NCBI GenBank assembly: GCA_034669905.1
Contig: JAXMOL010000038.1
Coordinates: 1-64,000 of the forward strand
Reading direction: 5' to 3'
Source of the DNA: Candidatus Hydrogenedentota bacterium
GTDB taxonomy: Bacteria; Hydrogenedentota; Hydrogenedentia; Hydrogenedentales; JAEUWI01
Length of the DNA stretch: 64,000 nucleotides
The position numbers and the translations under genes were made by a program. Positions 10,101 through 20,111 of the stretch are shown here, in pieces. The notes below the pieces were generated by a model. It was given only the letters and a program-made list of their open reading frames with translations, was not told the DNA's origin and ran no database searches. How positions within the stretch are numbered: position 1 is the first letter of the stretch; each line of letters opens with the position of its first letter.

Positions 10101-10279
10101 TCCAGGATAATCGTATCATCCCCCGTGGCGGCCGCGAAGGCACTTTCCACATCGGTGTAGGTACAGGTGGCGCACACCTCCAGCACGACTGCCTGGGTGG
10201 GTGCGGCCATGAAGACCAGGGCCGCCAGCAGCACACCCGTCCATACACCTGCCTTCAAACGCTGATTCATACTGCACAT
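7109..10279 (-). CDS. Large secreted protein with N-terminal right-handed beta-helix
   Basis: 1056 aa; GGAGG RBS; signal peptide ending TQA; CTYTDVESAFAAA..DTIIL cap followed by parallel beta-helix-like repeats. The remainder is acidic and unrecognised. Confidence 0.7.
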   Translation of the reverse strand: MCSMNQRLKAGVWTGVLLAALVFMAAPTQAVVLEVCATCTYTDVESAFAAATGDDTIILDGPATYTLAAGLVVDAARDGLTIRGTSQVNPDTIEVAFAGGPVITVDTGVEFNAEGFTIADGSTGVLVMADASFTMERCLVKDISGIGVDCVDVNQVRLESSIITNCGAEATKLDIGGSLDIIQCTLLSNGSFGVNAVAGLAQVEATVIHDSDDGTNGLSGTATTLAIDGDWVTDAAGNPLAAPAGVTDANPISVVLDPATDFEPAGFPGEFVPGQQQTTGAAATLVTPSPARDFTDLARDPGDLTVGADEVAAYGGGTPGWKECYVYQLNEYRAYVGEGVITVEVITDGVSLAGAVMFIEMVGTPVTSEFLGPYLITVSGIDSNYGYLDIPIDLDEFMTAFPSGGGVPANYQTDYLLYLDTSGGVAPNVPTLHGTPTGGVSETVPFGGSRTFGLDTFPPTIVTDFDLLADQYLAPAADGEGLDGPAPSGAAVFPATAWGAGALLGDVGASAGHLNGTAGDPNIFFSALSGGLSYTVRVTFQDTGSGFETNNMPITRSTTGPANDDVLYREFENYPGLAWWGNNASENSEFSAVGVGLDVTYTNPTGTELVVDWAFSGLTFNTTRPLQQWHTVANIRVTDRAGNEATLDPSGDAYIALKPLHMWWFPAYEFGAGSPPLTPGALARIKSGPSGRETTEPRFTWGIERSGGGQTPADPLPCPPAGRWRIYRAQTPGVAATPWIDVTSDAATGGAYGSADGWSNWLNPLRDATISLSTYFNDTATLRDLINNAGGAGDEFLLAVYGYDEAGNVQQFVPGPGNLASVDDLYDFATGVEVAYNRWINPGVSASLGLDTRVEPLFWHNNTAGGANNTVDGDERIFGAVSRIPLPEEFCQRVEGRFTISLGLPSGDAGNLPQVWFELLEDGRQVAQGITAPNASATEHVLTIPEDLFSLPSTPVAFLNLGQADCYGGAGPEQDRLGDDGDPDAEPGFRRRDVKYVLRVSAGVHVVDDFGNPTFDGLGDPIYAFDQTPATVEFTVTAGDGGSKAPEQAIKIFKRE

Positions 10280-10400
10280 CCTACCAACCTCCTTCGACGC
10301 AACATCCGGCCCAAGCCCGCGGCGTCATTTCCGGGGTATTCTGTTTACAAGTCACGGCGAAAAACGACGCCCGGTGACCTGCGTGAAAGCTATCGATAAC

Positions 10401-10430
10401 GGGGCAAGGCACCACACAGTGCCTTGCCCC
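10401..10430. terminator. 12-bp perfect hairpin downstream of the giant PilX/GspK-like gene
   Basis: GGGGCAAGGCAC-N6-GTGCCTTGCCCC with no clear U-tract; it may be a stabiliser or REP-derived. Confidence 0.5.
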
Positions 10431-10487
10431 CTCGTCTTCAATTATTGCGGCACCACCACCAACACCGACCCACCCGGGGGTCCGGTC

Positions 10488-13400
10488 CTACTCGCCACCG
10501 TCCGATTCGTCGGAAGGCGTACGGCGTTCATAGATGGCCGTGGCCTTCGTGGCCGACGTCGTCACAAACTCGTCGGGATCGCGGTAATTCACGATGCCGT
10601 CTTCGTTCCGGTCGATGCCATAGCCCGACTCCACGGTCATGATGATTTCATACACATCCGAACGGGTCGTCACCAGGTTGCCCAGGCGGCGGAAACGCTC
10701 ATAGGTCTCGTCGAACCGTTTCGACGGATCGGATTCGTTGCTCAACGGGTAAATGGCCGCATTCTCAATACCCGCCGGGGTATCGGCCGTGCCACCACTG
10801 GCATAACTCGGCAGGTCGGAACGGCTCGCCCCATAGTTGAAATCGAAGGCGCTCGTGTCCAACACCAGGTCACCCACGCTTTCGTAATAGCGCCCGTCGG
10901 CATGCTCCCGGCGGCCCGTCATCAACATGGCGTTCATCCGGAAGGTCGCGTCGCTATGGCGATCCACCAGCGGCACCCCGTCGTTGACCAACAGGTCGTA
11001 GTCCGGATTAAACACATCGGCCGTCCGCAGATTCCGTTCCGGCGGCGTCGCAGGGGTCCACGCGTTGTACAGTGCCAACGGAGGCGACCAGCTGCCATCC
11101 GCGGGGAAACTGCCACTGGAGTCGTCCAGGTCCATAAGGTCCACGGGGTCGGCCGGGCTAATGGACCCCGCCAGGGGACCGGCACCCGCTACTGAGGGCA
11201 CCACGGTGCGGGCCACATCGACCACGCCCGGAAGGGCCATCAGGGTACTCACGTATTCGTGAATGGAGTTGTCGGCCTTGGGCACCACACGGCTCTCGGC
11301 CGTGTTGACGTTGAGCCGGCCCGCCGTCCGTTTGCGGGGGGCCAACACCACGTGGGTGATGGCGCCTACCTGGGCCTCGGTGCCCACGTTGCGCACCCGC
11401 AGCGCCAGGAAGTTGTCCGTCACCCGCACAATCTGGGGACGCCAGCCACCGGCCGCATTGTTGCCATAGAAGATATAGCCGTCATCGTCGGCCTTGTAGA
11501 CGATGGTGGGATTCCAGTCATCGGGGTGAATCAGACCACCTGGCTTCACCGAGGGGTCGGCCACGGTGGAGGCCAGCGGCGCACGGCCCCGGGCTTCTGT
11601 CGGGTCGGTGATCACGTCAATCGCATAGGTCGGGTCAAATTCCTGGCCCTGGGCATAGAAGGGGTTGTCGTTGGTGGGGTCGCGGCGCAAGAGGGAGGCC
11701 GTCACCGGATACATCTTCACCCCTGTGCCATCGGCCAAGGTGTAAGTTGTATTGTTATTATCATCTAAGTCGTCCCAATTCAACAAATTTGCTTCATTCT
11801 TGGCGCTCAGGTTCCAGGCGGCTACGCCATTCGCGGAGGCGCTCGCCGCTTCTTCAATACGACGGGACATTTCGGGCACAAAGGTACCCACGTAGACGAC
11901 ATACTCGCCGTTTTCCAGGCCGTCGGCCCCATCCCAAATCCACAGCCCCTCCGCAGGCTGCACGCCGGCACGATTCTGACTCACATACATGGCCGTGCGC
12001 TGTTCCAGGGTCCAGCGATCTCTCGCCTCGGTCGCCGCCAGGTTGTAGTAGGCCCCGGCGTTGGTCTGCATGTAGTCGATGTTAAAGAGATAGTGACGGG
12101 GCACCAGCTCATTGATGTTCGTGCCGTCAATGTAGCCCGGGTAATTGGGCAGAAAGTCCAGGCTCGAACGCGCCACACCATCGTCGGGCAATTCAAAGAG
12201 GAAGAAGGGCGCCCAGGTCGCCGGCGCCCAGAGATCGTCCGGGTCGCCACTGTTGGGGTTGTCCACCCAGTTCAGAATGTCCCCGTTGATGGCGTTACCC
12301 GGCGCAAGCTCGGGACGAATCGGGTGGAACTCGGCCTGGCCCACCGTCAGGCGAACCGGGTCCAGCGCCATGCTGTTCACCGCTTCCCGCAGCAGGTTGC
12401 CCGTACCACCGATATCCATGTAATCCTGACCCAACGTCGCACTGCGCAGGGCAATATCCTGGATGGCCGACAAGCCATCTGCCGTGCCGCCATCGGCCTG
12501 AAGACCCATGTTCAGCATGGTCATATCCCGCAGGAAGGGATCCCCGACAGCGGCCGTGTTGACCGCATCGTGGAGATACATCTGGTGGGGCACCCGCATC
12601 AAGTCGCCGGGGCTCTGGAAAGGCGCATTGGCCACCAGGGCCTTGTAGTGATTCCAAGACTGGTTCTGCAGGGTCTTGTTGGTCGTATCCGCCGGATACA
12701 CACCATCTTCGTGGGTTCGGAAGTAATTCAGGGCATTGGGGAACTGCACACCCACAAGACCCGGTGTCGGCGCACTGTAAGGGTCGATATCCGAGGGGTT
12801 TTGACTCATCCGCGCAGCCGTATTCATCCGCAGCGGCGAGCCGAACATAGCGTGCCCGAAGAGCCGCTGTTGGCGCGGTGTATTCAAACGGAGACGCAGG
12901 TCCACACGGGAAGCGGCCGACAGGACCACCGGCGCGCCGATGACATCCGATTCCAATTCGGCCTCGAAAAAGCTCAGGCTGTCGGACCAGTCGTCGTAGT
13001 TACCATCCGTCGCCTGCCAGCGGTTTTCCGTACCGAAACGGTCGCCGTTGTAAGCGGGGTGCTTACGCTCGAGACTCCGATAGAAATCCAGTGCCATGTG
13101 GTCCGGTGCCCAGAAGGACGGATAATTCGGATTGAGACCGAAAGCAGTAGGCACGATGTCGTCGATGGTGCGGTTGATGACATCAAACTCGCGATAGGTC
13201 ACCCGGTCCACCACGTCACTACTGGAGGCCGGCCCCTCATAAAGAGAGACGATGACGTTGTCGCCCGGATACCAACGCCGCTCGACGAAAGCTTTCCAGT
13301 CAATCGGGTCAAAGTTAGAACCTACATACTCATCACCTGCAGGCAACGTCGCCGTATCAAAATTACTCCACAGCCCACTAAGATCAAGCGCACCCGTATC

Positions 13401-16400
13401 GATAGCAATGGGAGAGTTTTCTGAACCGTCTTGAAAGACTAGAAAATCACCCGGAAATGGTTGGGGCGTCCCGTCATAGTTTCGGTAGTTGTCATCGGTG
13501 GGATAGTTATTCCGGTTGTTCTGGAACTGCATGGGAATTAACGCATCGGTAAAGTAACCCGCCGCAACACCGCGCCCTTCGTCCACGCCTTCACTCTGCC
13601 GGGGATCGACACCATCTCCGATCCCACCAGCCGGTATGCCAGAGAGATCCCCCGGCACTCCGTGGGGGTCGTTCGCATTCGCCAACGTCGGCTTGGCTTC
13701 TCCCCGCTCGTCGATATACCCATCGAGATCATTATCGATCATATCCCGATCCAATACGCCAGGGACATAGTAGGGATCATCAAAGGCATCGGCGTCGGCG
13801 ACCGTGTCGGGCCGAAATTCCACGTAGCCCCCGTCACCGTCGTTGTCCACCCCATCATGTTCGGGATAGTTGGGCAGAACCCCACCGCGCAACACAAAGG
13901 CCGCTACGTCGTCAACGGTATCCATGTCGTCAAGGGTTCGCGGAATCGGTGCCGACGAGTAGGGGTTGTCGCTGGTGACCACGGAGCTGGGCGACAGCTG
14001 GATAATCCGGTCCCACGGCAGGTTGGTCGTACTGATGAGACTGGAGAACTCCTTCGAACTCGCCACGTTGCCTTCCACCGTAACGGCATCGGTGTCGGGC
14101 GTGTCGGGGTCGCTGTCCAGCGCATAGATGAAGGAGCTCACCCCATCGCCATCCCGGTCCACGTAGTCATACATGCCCCGACTGGCATCGTCCTGGCGGA
14201 AGAAGACATCGCCCGTAATATCAAAGAAATCGGCTACAAAGCCCGGGCTCTCGTCCCGGAAGACCGTGGGTACGGTGGCCTTGCCCGATACAAAGTCCAC
14301 CAGCGGGCCATAGTCAATTTCGCTATCCGCCAGCGCAATACCGTTGTCAAAAATGCGGCTGGCGCCACCGCCATCGCGGAAGTAATCAAACTTGTTGAAG
14401 GCCAGCAGCACCATGCCACCGGGGGCAATCTCCGTACCGTAGGGCACGGTCCAACGGCTCTTGAAGGGGTCCGTCGGCACACTGGGCTTGTCGGGGATAC
14501 CCACTTCCAACTCCCAGCCACCAATGTTCACGGCATCGTTGGACACGTTCACCAGTTCCACCCATTCGTGGTCGGGCTCCTGGCTGAAATCGAGAGAGTC
14601 TATCTGTAACAGCCCCGGATCGGTAGTCATGCGAAATGCAATATAGAGGTCGTCGGTCGTCGTAACCGCGACGGTAAAGGTCTGTGAGACACCAATTCCG
14701 GGCTGGCCCAGGCGCGTATCAGGACCAAGTGGTAACAGCGCATCGAAAATACCGCCATCGGAAAAGTAGTCGTCGGTGCTTGGATCCACGTCGTCGGTGC
14801 CGCTGAGGAAAACGGAACCGTTCGGCGCGCCAACCACGTTATTGGAAAAATGGGTGGTAGGAACCGTGGCAAAGCCAACACCGGGCAAATCGCTGATAAT
14901 ATCGTTGCCCGCCCCTGCTGTGTCGTACTTGATAGCGTATTCTAAAACGGGCAACGTAGCACCCGCAGCTTCGATATTGATATTGGCCGTTAGATAATAA
15001 CGCCCCTCGGGGAGGCCTGGCGGAGGAAATCCGGGAAGAGTCTCAGATGCACGGATCCGAAATTGGATAACCTCGTCCACCGTAGTCGTTTCCAACACGG
15101 AGCCATTGCCGAGGGTCGTGGTCGTCGTATTTAACGCCCAAGCTGCGGACGGATTACCAAACTCATCCGACTGCTTACGGGTAACTTCGAATGCGGGCAA
15201 TTCTGGATAGCCCGCCTGGGGATCATAGTTTGCCAGATTGGGATCACCGTCCATGGGGTCCGAAGCATCCCTGGCCACCGCAGGCGGCACCGCCTCCGCT
15301 TCCACACGGCGCACGGGGCGCACCATCAATTCGTTGATGCGGATGGCCTCGTTACCGGAAACCGTGTAGCTGATTTTCCGCTGCTCGGGGATACCATTGA
15401 ATCCGTTTACACCGGCAATGAAGGTCCACCAGTCATCCTGGAATTCCAGGGTGCGGTTAATATCCATGGCATCCCGGAGGTGGGCCTGAAGGGCTTCCAG
15501 GGGGAACAATTCCGTTTCCGGAATCCGCTCCCGGAGCCCCAGGCTCAGGGGGAAGTCATCATAATTGGACTGGCGGAGCACATCCTGGCGCTCGGTGGTG
15601 AGCACGGAACGGCCATGGCCCCGGTCCCGGTTGTCCACAATATCCACGGCGGCCTGCATCGCCTGGAGAACCCCATCGGCGGGCAGCAGCCCCACATTGG
15701 GCGTAGCCGTACCACCAATATCCTGCCACATCAGCCCGTTACCGAGCCCGATGTTGGAACGAATATGCACATCACCCTGGAGCAAGCCCCCGGCGAAGAA
15801 ACGGGCCGCGTTGGTGGCCCCACCAAAGGCATCATCCCGCACGGTGGTCACTTCGTAGGAATTGGTCAGCAACAGGTTTGCGGCAATCTGCTGGGGCGTG
15901 GCGAAGTTGTAGTCGAGCTTGTTAATGGCCCGGATGCCGCCATTGCCCGCCACGAAATTGGCGTTTCGGTCGGTGCTGTAGGCCGTGATGCTGTTGCGCA
16001 TATAGCCATAGGTGGTATCGGCAATACCGTTCACCTCGAGGAGCTCCAGGGTATCCCGGAGTTGGAGGTCGCCCAATTCCCCGCGCTCGTTGAGGATGGC
16101 ATTGTTATCGTTATCGGTGCCATCCACAAAGCCCGAAATATTATAGGGGTTGCGGTCTTCGGCCATCAGGTTGGGCAGGGGCCGGTAACGCTGCAGTTCG
16201 CTCGGGTCATCGAGTCCTTCCCAGGCGCCCAGCTCGGCGTAGTAGGCATCAAAGAGGGGGTCGTCAAGAGGCGGGAGACGCAGGCCTTCGTCCACCAGGC
16301 CGTCGCCGTCGTTGTCCCGGCCATCGAGGGCGGCCAACAGGATATTCCCATTGTCATCCACCCGGCCATAACCCGGGTAGGCCACATCTTCGGCGTAGGT

Positions 16401-18314
16401 GAGCGCCAGGAGGCTATCGTCCTGGGGATAGCCGGTGAGTTTTTGGGCCATGTCGTCGGCCGTGACCACACCGATATCCGGGAGGATGCGGGTTTCCAAC
16501 TCGGCCGTGGTGATGCCATCCCCCAGGGAACGCTGACGGCCCACGAGGGGTTCGTAGGTATGGGCACCGGCCACATTCATGTTGAGCTTGCTGGATTCAT
16601 CGCGCACCGTAATGGCCGCACGACCGGCCAACTCGCACACCGGCTCACCCGAGTGGGTGATGCGGATAAAGGGCCGGATGTTGTTGAAGTTGAAGGTGTC
16701 CACGGTGGTGGGGCTCGTGGCGAAATCGCTGCTCACCGGGTTCATCGTAAGGGAGCCCGGGCCACCGAAGACCGTATCCACGTTGATGTCTTCGTAGGCT
16801 TTCAGGAAGGCCGTTCCGAAGAGATCGAGGTCATTGGCGAACCAGTTGCCCACATGGAGCCAGCCACCACTGTAATAACCCGCCGCCGCGCCACTGTTGG
16901 CCCTATTGGACTCCAGCGAACGAATGATGGGGTCACCGGCATTAAAGGGCGGGATTGCGGCCGGATAGACCACGCCCGTATCTTCAAAGCCCGTCAGGCC
17001 AAAGGGCGGGTAACCGGGCAGGGTGTTGGGGCCCACATAGGCATAGACGTGAAAGTCATTGGCCAGCATGTCGTAGTCGTTGTCAATAACGTCCACGTTG
17101 GCTGACGTCAGCGTTATCGGAGGCAACACGTTGCCGTCCCTGTCGGTAATATTGACAATGATATTGGTCGGTAACGTAACCGTCAGGGGCACCAGATTGC
17201 CCGTCGTGCCATCAGGTACCAAATCGGGCACGATGCCGTCGGCATTCAAATCTACAGGAATTGTCAGGCCGGGCAACGAGGTCGTGAGGAAATAGTCTTG
17301 CTCATCCAACTCATCGACCGCACCATCACCATCGTTGTCGAGGCCATCGGTGCCCCCGAAATAGACGAAGGATGCCGTCTCTAATCCATCGGCCTCCGCT
17401 TCGTCGATCAGACCGTCAAGATCATTGTCGGTAAAATCGTCGTCGACACGGTTGGTTGTACCATCGTCAAGAAAGTCGCCACCGCTGAAATACCGGTCCC
17501 GCGCGATGGGAATCCAGATGGCGTCGCGCAATCCGTCGCCGTCGTTGTCCACATCCGTCCAGGTGTTTATCCATTCCAGGGGGTAGCGTTCCTCGGTGAA
17601 GCCGTCGGTGGCAGAGACCCCATAGAAGGCGGGTGTCACAAACAGGGGCGTTTCGTTGCCGGGGGGGACATCGTAGCGCGCGGCAATGTCAAAGGCCCGG
17701 CCATTGAAAGCGGTTCCGTTCCGAAAGGTGGTGAAATTGACAAATCCGGTAGCATCGGTATAGAAATCCAAGCTGGTGACATCGCCGAAGCCAGCGGGCG
17801 CCCCATACACGTAATTCCTGTTGTTTTCGAAACGGGGGTAGTAGAGCCATTCCTTGGAAAGGGGCCCGCTGTAGAGCTGTTCGCGGTAGGTGTCACCTGT
17901 TACGTTGGTAAGTTCAAAATAGGGCATGTCGGCCAGATCCACAAGGGGAATGCCACCACTCTGGAGGGGCAGGGCGTTCACCCCATCGGGCTTCCACAGG
18001 GCCCACTCTTTACCCACGGCCCAACTGCCGTTGAACTTGGTAAAGAGGGCGTGGTCGAGGGAAGTGGCCTCGGGGTGAAGGGAGAAATTCAGGTTGATTT
18101 CCGCCATGGCCAGGGCCAGGGCCGAATCCACGAGCAAATCGGCCTGCACGCGGTTTTTCACGTTGGTGGCGTTTTCCACTTCCTGGCGACTGATGGCATA
18201 GAAGGTCAGGGCGACGGCCAGCAGGATCGTCATAATGGCAATGGCGATCACGAGCGCCGCACCGCGCTCTGGATTTCGGCGGCCACCGGTTACACGCTGT
18301 TTCCTGTTGTTCAT
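10488..18314 (-). CDS. Giant PilX/GspK-like minor pilin (2608 aa) with Ca-binding motifs and a lamin-tail-like domain
   Basis: Start MNNRKQ (18314). Prepilin-like RG/AALVIAIAIMTILLAVAL lacks Glu5, as in PilX/GspK. GspK-like motifs DESSKLNMN, GRLNVNTA and TTRSDVYEI; many DNDxDG motifs; LTD-like IRINELM and EWVELVN..NIGGWEL. Confidence 0.8.
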   Translation of the reverse strand: MNNRKQRVTGGRRNPERGAALVIAIAIMTILLAVALTFYAISRQEVENATNVKNRVQADLLVDSALALAMAEINLNFSLHPEATSLDHALFTKFNGSWAVGKEWALWKPDGVNALPLQSGGIPLVDLADMPYFELTNVTGDTYREQLYSGPLSKEWLYYPRFENNRNYVYGAPAGFGDVTSLDFYTDATGFVNFTTFRNGTAFNGRAFDIAARYDVPPGNETPLFVTPAFYGVSATDGFTEERYPLEWINTWTDVDNDGDGLRDAIWIPIARDRYFSGGDFLDDGTTNRVDDDFTDNDLDGLIDEAEADGLETASFVYFGGTDGLDNDGDGAVDELDEQDYFLTTSLPGLTIPVDLNADGIVPDLVPDGTTGNLVPLTVTLPTNIIVNITDRDGNVLPPITLTSANVDVIDNDYDMLANDFHVYAYVGPNTLPGYPPFGLTGFEDTGVVYPAAIPPFNAGDPIIRSLESNRANSGAAAGYYSGGWLHVGNWFANDLDLFGTAFLKAYEDINVDTVFGGPGSLTMNPVSSDFATSPTTVDTFNFNNIRPFIRITHSGEPVCELAGRAAITVRDESSKLNMNVAGAHTYEPLVGRQRSLGDGITTAELETRILPDIGVVTADDMAQKLTGYPQDDSLLALTYAEDVAYPGYGRVDDNGNILLAALDGRDNDGDGLVDEGLRLPPLDDPLFDAYYAELGAWEGLDDPSELQRYRPLPNLMAEDRNPYNISGFVDGTDNDNNAILNERGELGDLQLRDTLELLEVNGIADTTYGYMRNSITAYSTDRNANFVAGNGGIRAINKLDYNFATPQQIAANLLLTNSYEVTTVRDDAFGGATNAARFFAGGLLQGDVHIRSNIGLGNGLMWQDIGGTATPNVGLLPADGVLQAMQAAVDIVDNRDRGHGRSVLTTERQDVLRQSNYDDFPLSLGLRERIPETELFPLEALQAHLRDAMDINRTLEFQDDWWTFIAGVNGFNGIPEQRKISYTVSGNEAIRINELMVRPVRRVEAEAVPPAVARDASDPMDGDPNLANYDPQAGYPELPAFEVTRKQSDEFGNPSAAWALNTTTTTLGNGSVLETTTVDEVIQFRIRASETLPGFPPPGLPEGRYYLTANINIEAAGATLPVLEYAIKYDTAGAGNDIISDLPGVGFATVPTTHFSNNVVGAPNGSVFLSGTDDVDPSTDDYFSDGGIFDALLPLGPDTRLGQPGIGVSQTFTVAVTTTDDLYIAFRMTTDPGLLQIDSLDFSQEPDHEWVELVNVSNDAVNIGGWELEVGIPDKPSVPTDPFKSRWTVPYGTEIAPGGMVLLAFNKFDYFRDGGGASRIFDNGIALADSEIDYGPLVDFVSGKATVPTVFRDESPGFVADFFDITGDVFFRQDDASRGMYDYVDRDGDGVSSFIYALDSDPDTPDTDAVTVEGNVASSKEFSSLISTTNLPWDRIIQLSPSSVVTSDNPYSSAPIPRTLDDMDTVDDVAAFVLRGGVLPNYPEHDGVDNDGDGGYVEFRPDTVADADAFDDPYYVPGVLDRDMIDNDLDGYIDERGEAKPTLANANDPHGVPGDLSGIPAGGIGDGVDPRQSEGVDEGRGVAAGYFTDALIPMQFQNNRNNYPTDDNYRNYDGTPQPFPGDFLVFQDGSENSPIAIDTGALDLSGLWSNFDTATLPAGDEYVGSNFDPIDWKAFVERRWYPGDNVIVSLYEGPASSSDVVDRVTYREFDVINRTIDDIVPTAFGLNPNYPSFWAPDHMALDFYRSLERKHPAYNGDRFGTENRWQATDGNYDDWSDSLSFFEAELESDVIGAPVVLSAASRVDLRLRLNTPRQQRLFGHAMFGSPLRMNTAARMSQNPSDIDPYSAPTPGLVGVQFPNALNYFRTHEDGVYPADTTNKTLQNQSWNHYKALVANAPFQSPGDLMRVPHQMYLHDAVNTAAVGDPFLRDMTMLNMGLQADGGTADGLSAIQDIALRSATLGQDYMDIGGTGNLLREAVNSMALDPVRLTVGQAEFHPIRPELAPGNAINGDILNWVDNPNSGDPDDLWAPATWAPFFLFELPDDGVARSSLDFLPNYPGYIDGTNINELVPRHYLFNIDYMQTNAGAYYNLAATEARDRWTLEQRTAMYVSQNRAGVQPAEGLWIWDGADGLENGEYVVYVGTFVPEMSRRIEEAASASANGVAAWNLSAKNEANLLNWDDLDDNNNTTYTLADGTGVKMYPVTASLLRRDPTNDNPFYAQGQEFDPTYAIDVITDPTEARGRAPLASTVADPSVKPGGLIHPDDWNPTIVYKADDDGYIFYGNNAAGGWRPQIVRVTDNFLALRVRNVGTEAQVGAITHVVLAPRKRTAGRLNVNTAESRVVPKADNSIHEYVSTLMALPGVVDVARTVVPSVAGAGPLAGSISPADPVDLMDLDDSSGSFPADGSWSPPLALYNAWTPATPPERNLRTADVFNPDYDLLVNDGVPLVDRHSDATFRMNAMLMTGRREHADGRYYESVGDLVLDTSAFDFNYGASRSDLPSYASGGTADTPAGIENAAIYPLSNESDPSKRFDETYERFRRLGNLVTTRSDVYEIIMTVESGYGIDRNEDGIVNYRDPDEFVTTSATKATAIYERRTPSDESDGGE

Positions 18315-18478
18315 TGCTACTTCACCTTTAGCTGGCCGCGATCCGTGCGGCCCCTTCCCAAGACGGGAACCCGAACCCACTGTTCGGACTCCAACCGCGC
18401 GCGGGATCCATCCCGCCCGTATCTTGCTCTCTCCTGGTCCTGCGACCGGTGTCTGTGCCGGTTACCGAGGCACATACA

Positions 18479-20098
18479 CTACATGGCCTGACCGGGGCTC
18501 TTTGCAATTACCGTGCTCGGAATGCGGCCCGTGGCCGCCGGCACCTGAATACCCTGTACAAAGCGACGGCGGAACACCGGCGCACCCGGACGGGTCTGGG
18601 AACGGGTCACCCACAGCTCCGGCGTGACCACCTTGGGCAGGCGGGGCAAGAGGGGCGATCCCAAATTGGCGCGGGAACTCCGCGTGGCGGAAAGCTGATT
18701 CTCCGCCAGCGTATTGTCCGCATCCACCACCAGATTGTTGGCCACGTTGGCCGTCTTCAACATGGTGGGGATATTGGGGATGAAATAATCCACCACACCG
18801 TCATTATCCGTATCCACCGAGCCATCGAGGCTGTCGGGATGGGCGAGGTTTTCGAGGGCATTGAAATAATAGACCGAGCCGTGCGCGCCGTCGCTGTAGG
18901 AAAACTTCACGCCGGCATCCAGCGCGTCCAACGCGTAGCCGTCATAGCGTATTGGGTCCCCGTCACCATCCAGGATCATGGCACGCGCGATAATGCCATC
19001 GGCCACCACAAATTCATTTACCACCCGGCGATTGGTCGTGTTGGGCAGTCCATAACCCTCGTCATACCAGAAGCCCAGGTGCCCGTCGTCGGGGATATAG
19101 TTCGGGTGGGTCGATGCCAGCGTGGGTGTGGCGGCGCTGGCGGGCACCAGTTCTTGAACGTCCATGTGTTCACCACCCAGCATGCGCAACCAGAACTCAC
19201 GCTTCTTGGCCTGCAACATGGTGTCGAAGGCGTCACGCCCGAGGACGCGCAGGAAGAGTCGGTCGTTGGTCACCGGGTGCCACCAGCCGTTGTTAATCTT
19301 GATGTTGTCATACACATTGCGGAGATCGTCGGAGGGATCGTTAAAGGGCGTGGGGTCCAGGGCCTCCAGCAAAAACTTGAGCTGATTGTAGGTGTCGTCC
19401 CCGAAGGTTCCCGTGACCGCATCCAGAAGGGGGTTGATGGGGTCCACATAGGGCCAGGCCAGATCCACCCCGGTGGCCACGGTCATGTCGAAGGTTTCCA
19501 GATCGCTGAACTGGGTTTCTTCGTAGCGGATCAGACTTTCCGTCTCAATAAAAACATCAAAGGGAACGAGATCGGTGTCGTCGGCCGGAATCCCATAAAC
19601 CGCGGCCAGTTCGGCCAGGGCGGCATTCGCATAGGCGGTGGCAGCATCGCCCACGAGCCCCTCATCTTCCCAGGCGATACGGCGGAACTGGCGCTCCACG
19701 TTGTCCGTCACGAATTTCCATTGCTCCGTAAGCGTCGTCGTGGAACCGGGCTTGCCCGCTTCCTTGTGAAAGGCGTAACTCACCCGACCCAGCACACCGC
19801 CGTCCAGGGCGCCCACAAACATAAAGCTGTCGGGACGGCCATAGAAGTTGTAGACATCGCCGAACTCTTCGGAGACAAAGGCGCTGCTCAAATCGCGGTC
19901 GATGGTGGTCATGGCAGCCCGGGCATTTTCGAAGGCGTCAATGCTGGCATAGCCCTGCCGCGCACTGCTGACGGCCGAGTTAAACATGACGGCCAGACCA
20001 CTCATCAGGATGAGGAAGAGGGCCATGGCGACCATCAGCTCCGTAAGGGAAAAACCCCGGGTGCCTCGGCGATCGATTGTCGGTACGGTGCGCTCCAT
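18479..20098 (-). CDS. PilW/GspJ-like minor pilin (539 aa)
   Basis: RG/FSLTELMVAM prepilin motif, then ARAAMTTIDRDL typical of J/W subunits. Start MERTV with RBS. Confidence 0.82.
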   Translation of the reverse strand: MERTVPTIDRRGTRGFSLTELMVAMALFLILMSGLAVMFNSAVSSARQGYASIDAFENARAAMTTIDRDLSSAFVSEEFGDVYNFYGRPDSFMFVGALDGGVLGRVSYAFHKEAGKPGSTTTLTEQWKFVTDNVERQFRRIAWEDEGLVGDAATAYANAALAELAAVYGIPADDTDLVPFDVFIETESLIRYEETQFSDLETFDMTVATGVDLAWPYVDPINPLLDAVTGTFGDDTYNQLKFLLEALDPTPFNDPSDDLRNVYDNIKINNGWWHPVTNDRLFLRVLGRDAFDTMLQAKKREFWLRMLGGEHMDVQELVPASAATPTLASTHPNYIPDDGHLGFWYDEGYGLPNTTNRRVVNEFVVADGIIARAMILDGDGDPIRYDGYALDALDAGVKFSYSDGAHGSVYYFNALENLAHPDSLDGSVDTDNDGVVDYFIPNIPTMLKTANVANNLVVDADNTLAENQLSATRSSRANLGSPLLPRLPKVVTPELWVTRSQTRPGAPVFRRRFVQGIQVPAATGRIPSTVIAKSPGQAM

Positions 20099-20111
20099 AC
20101 AACTGCCCTTC

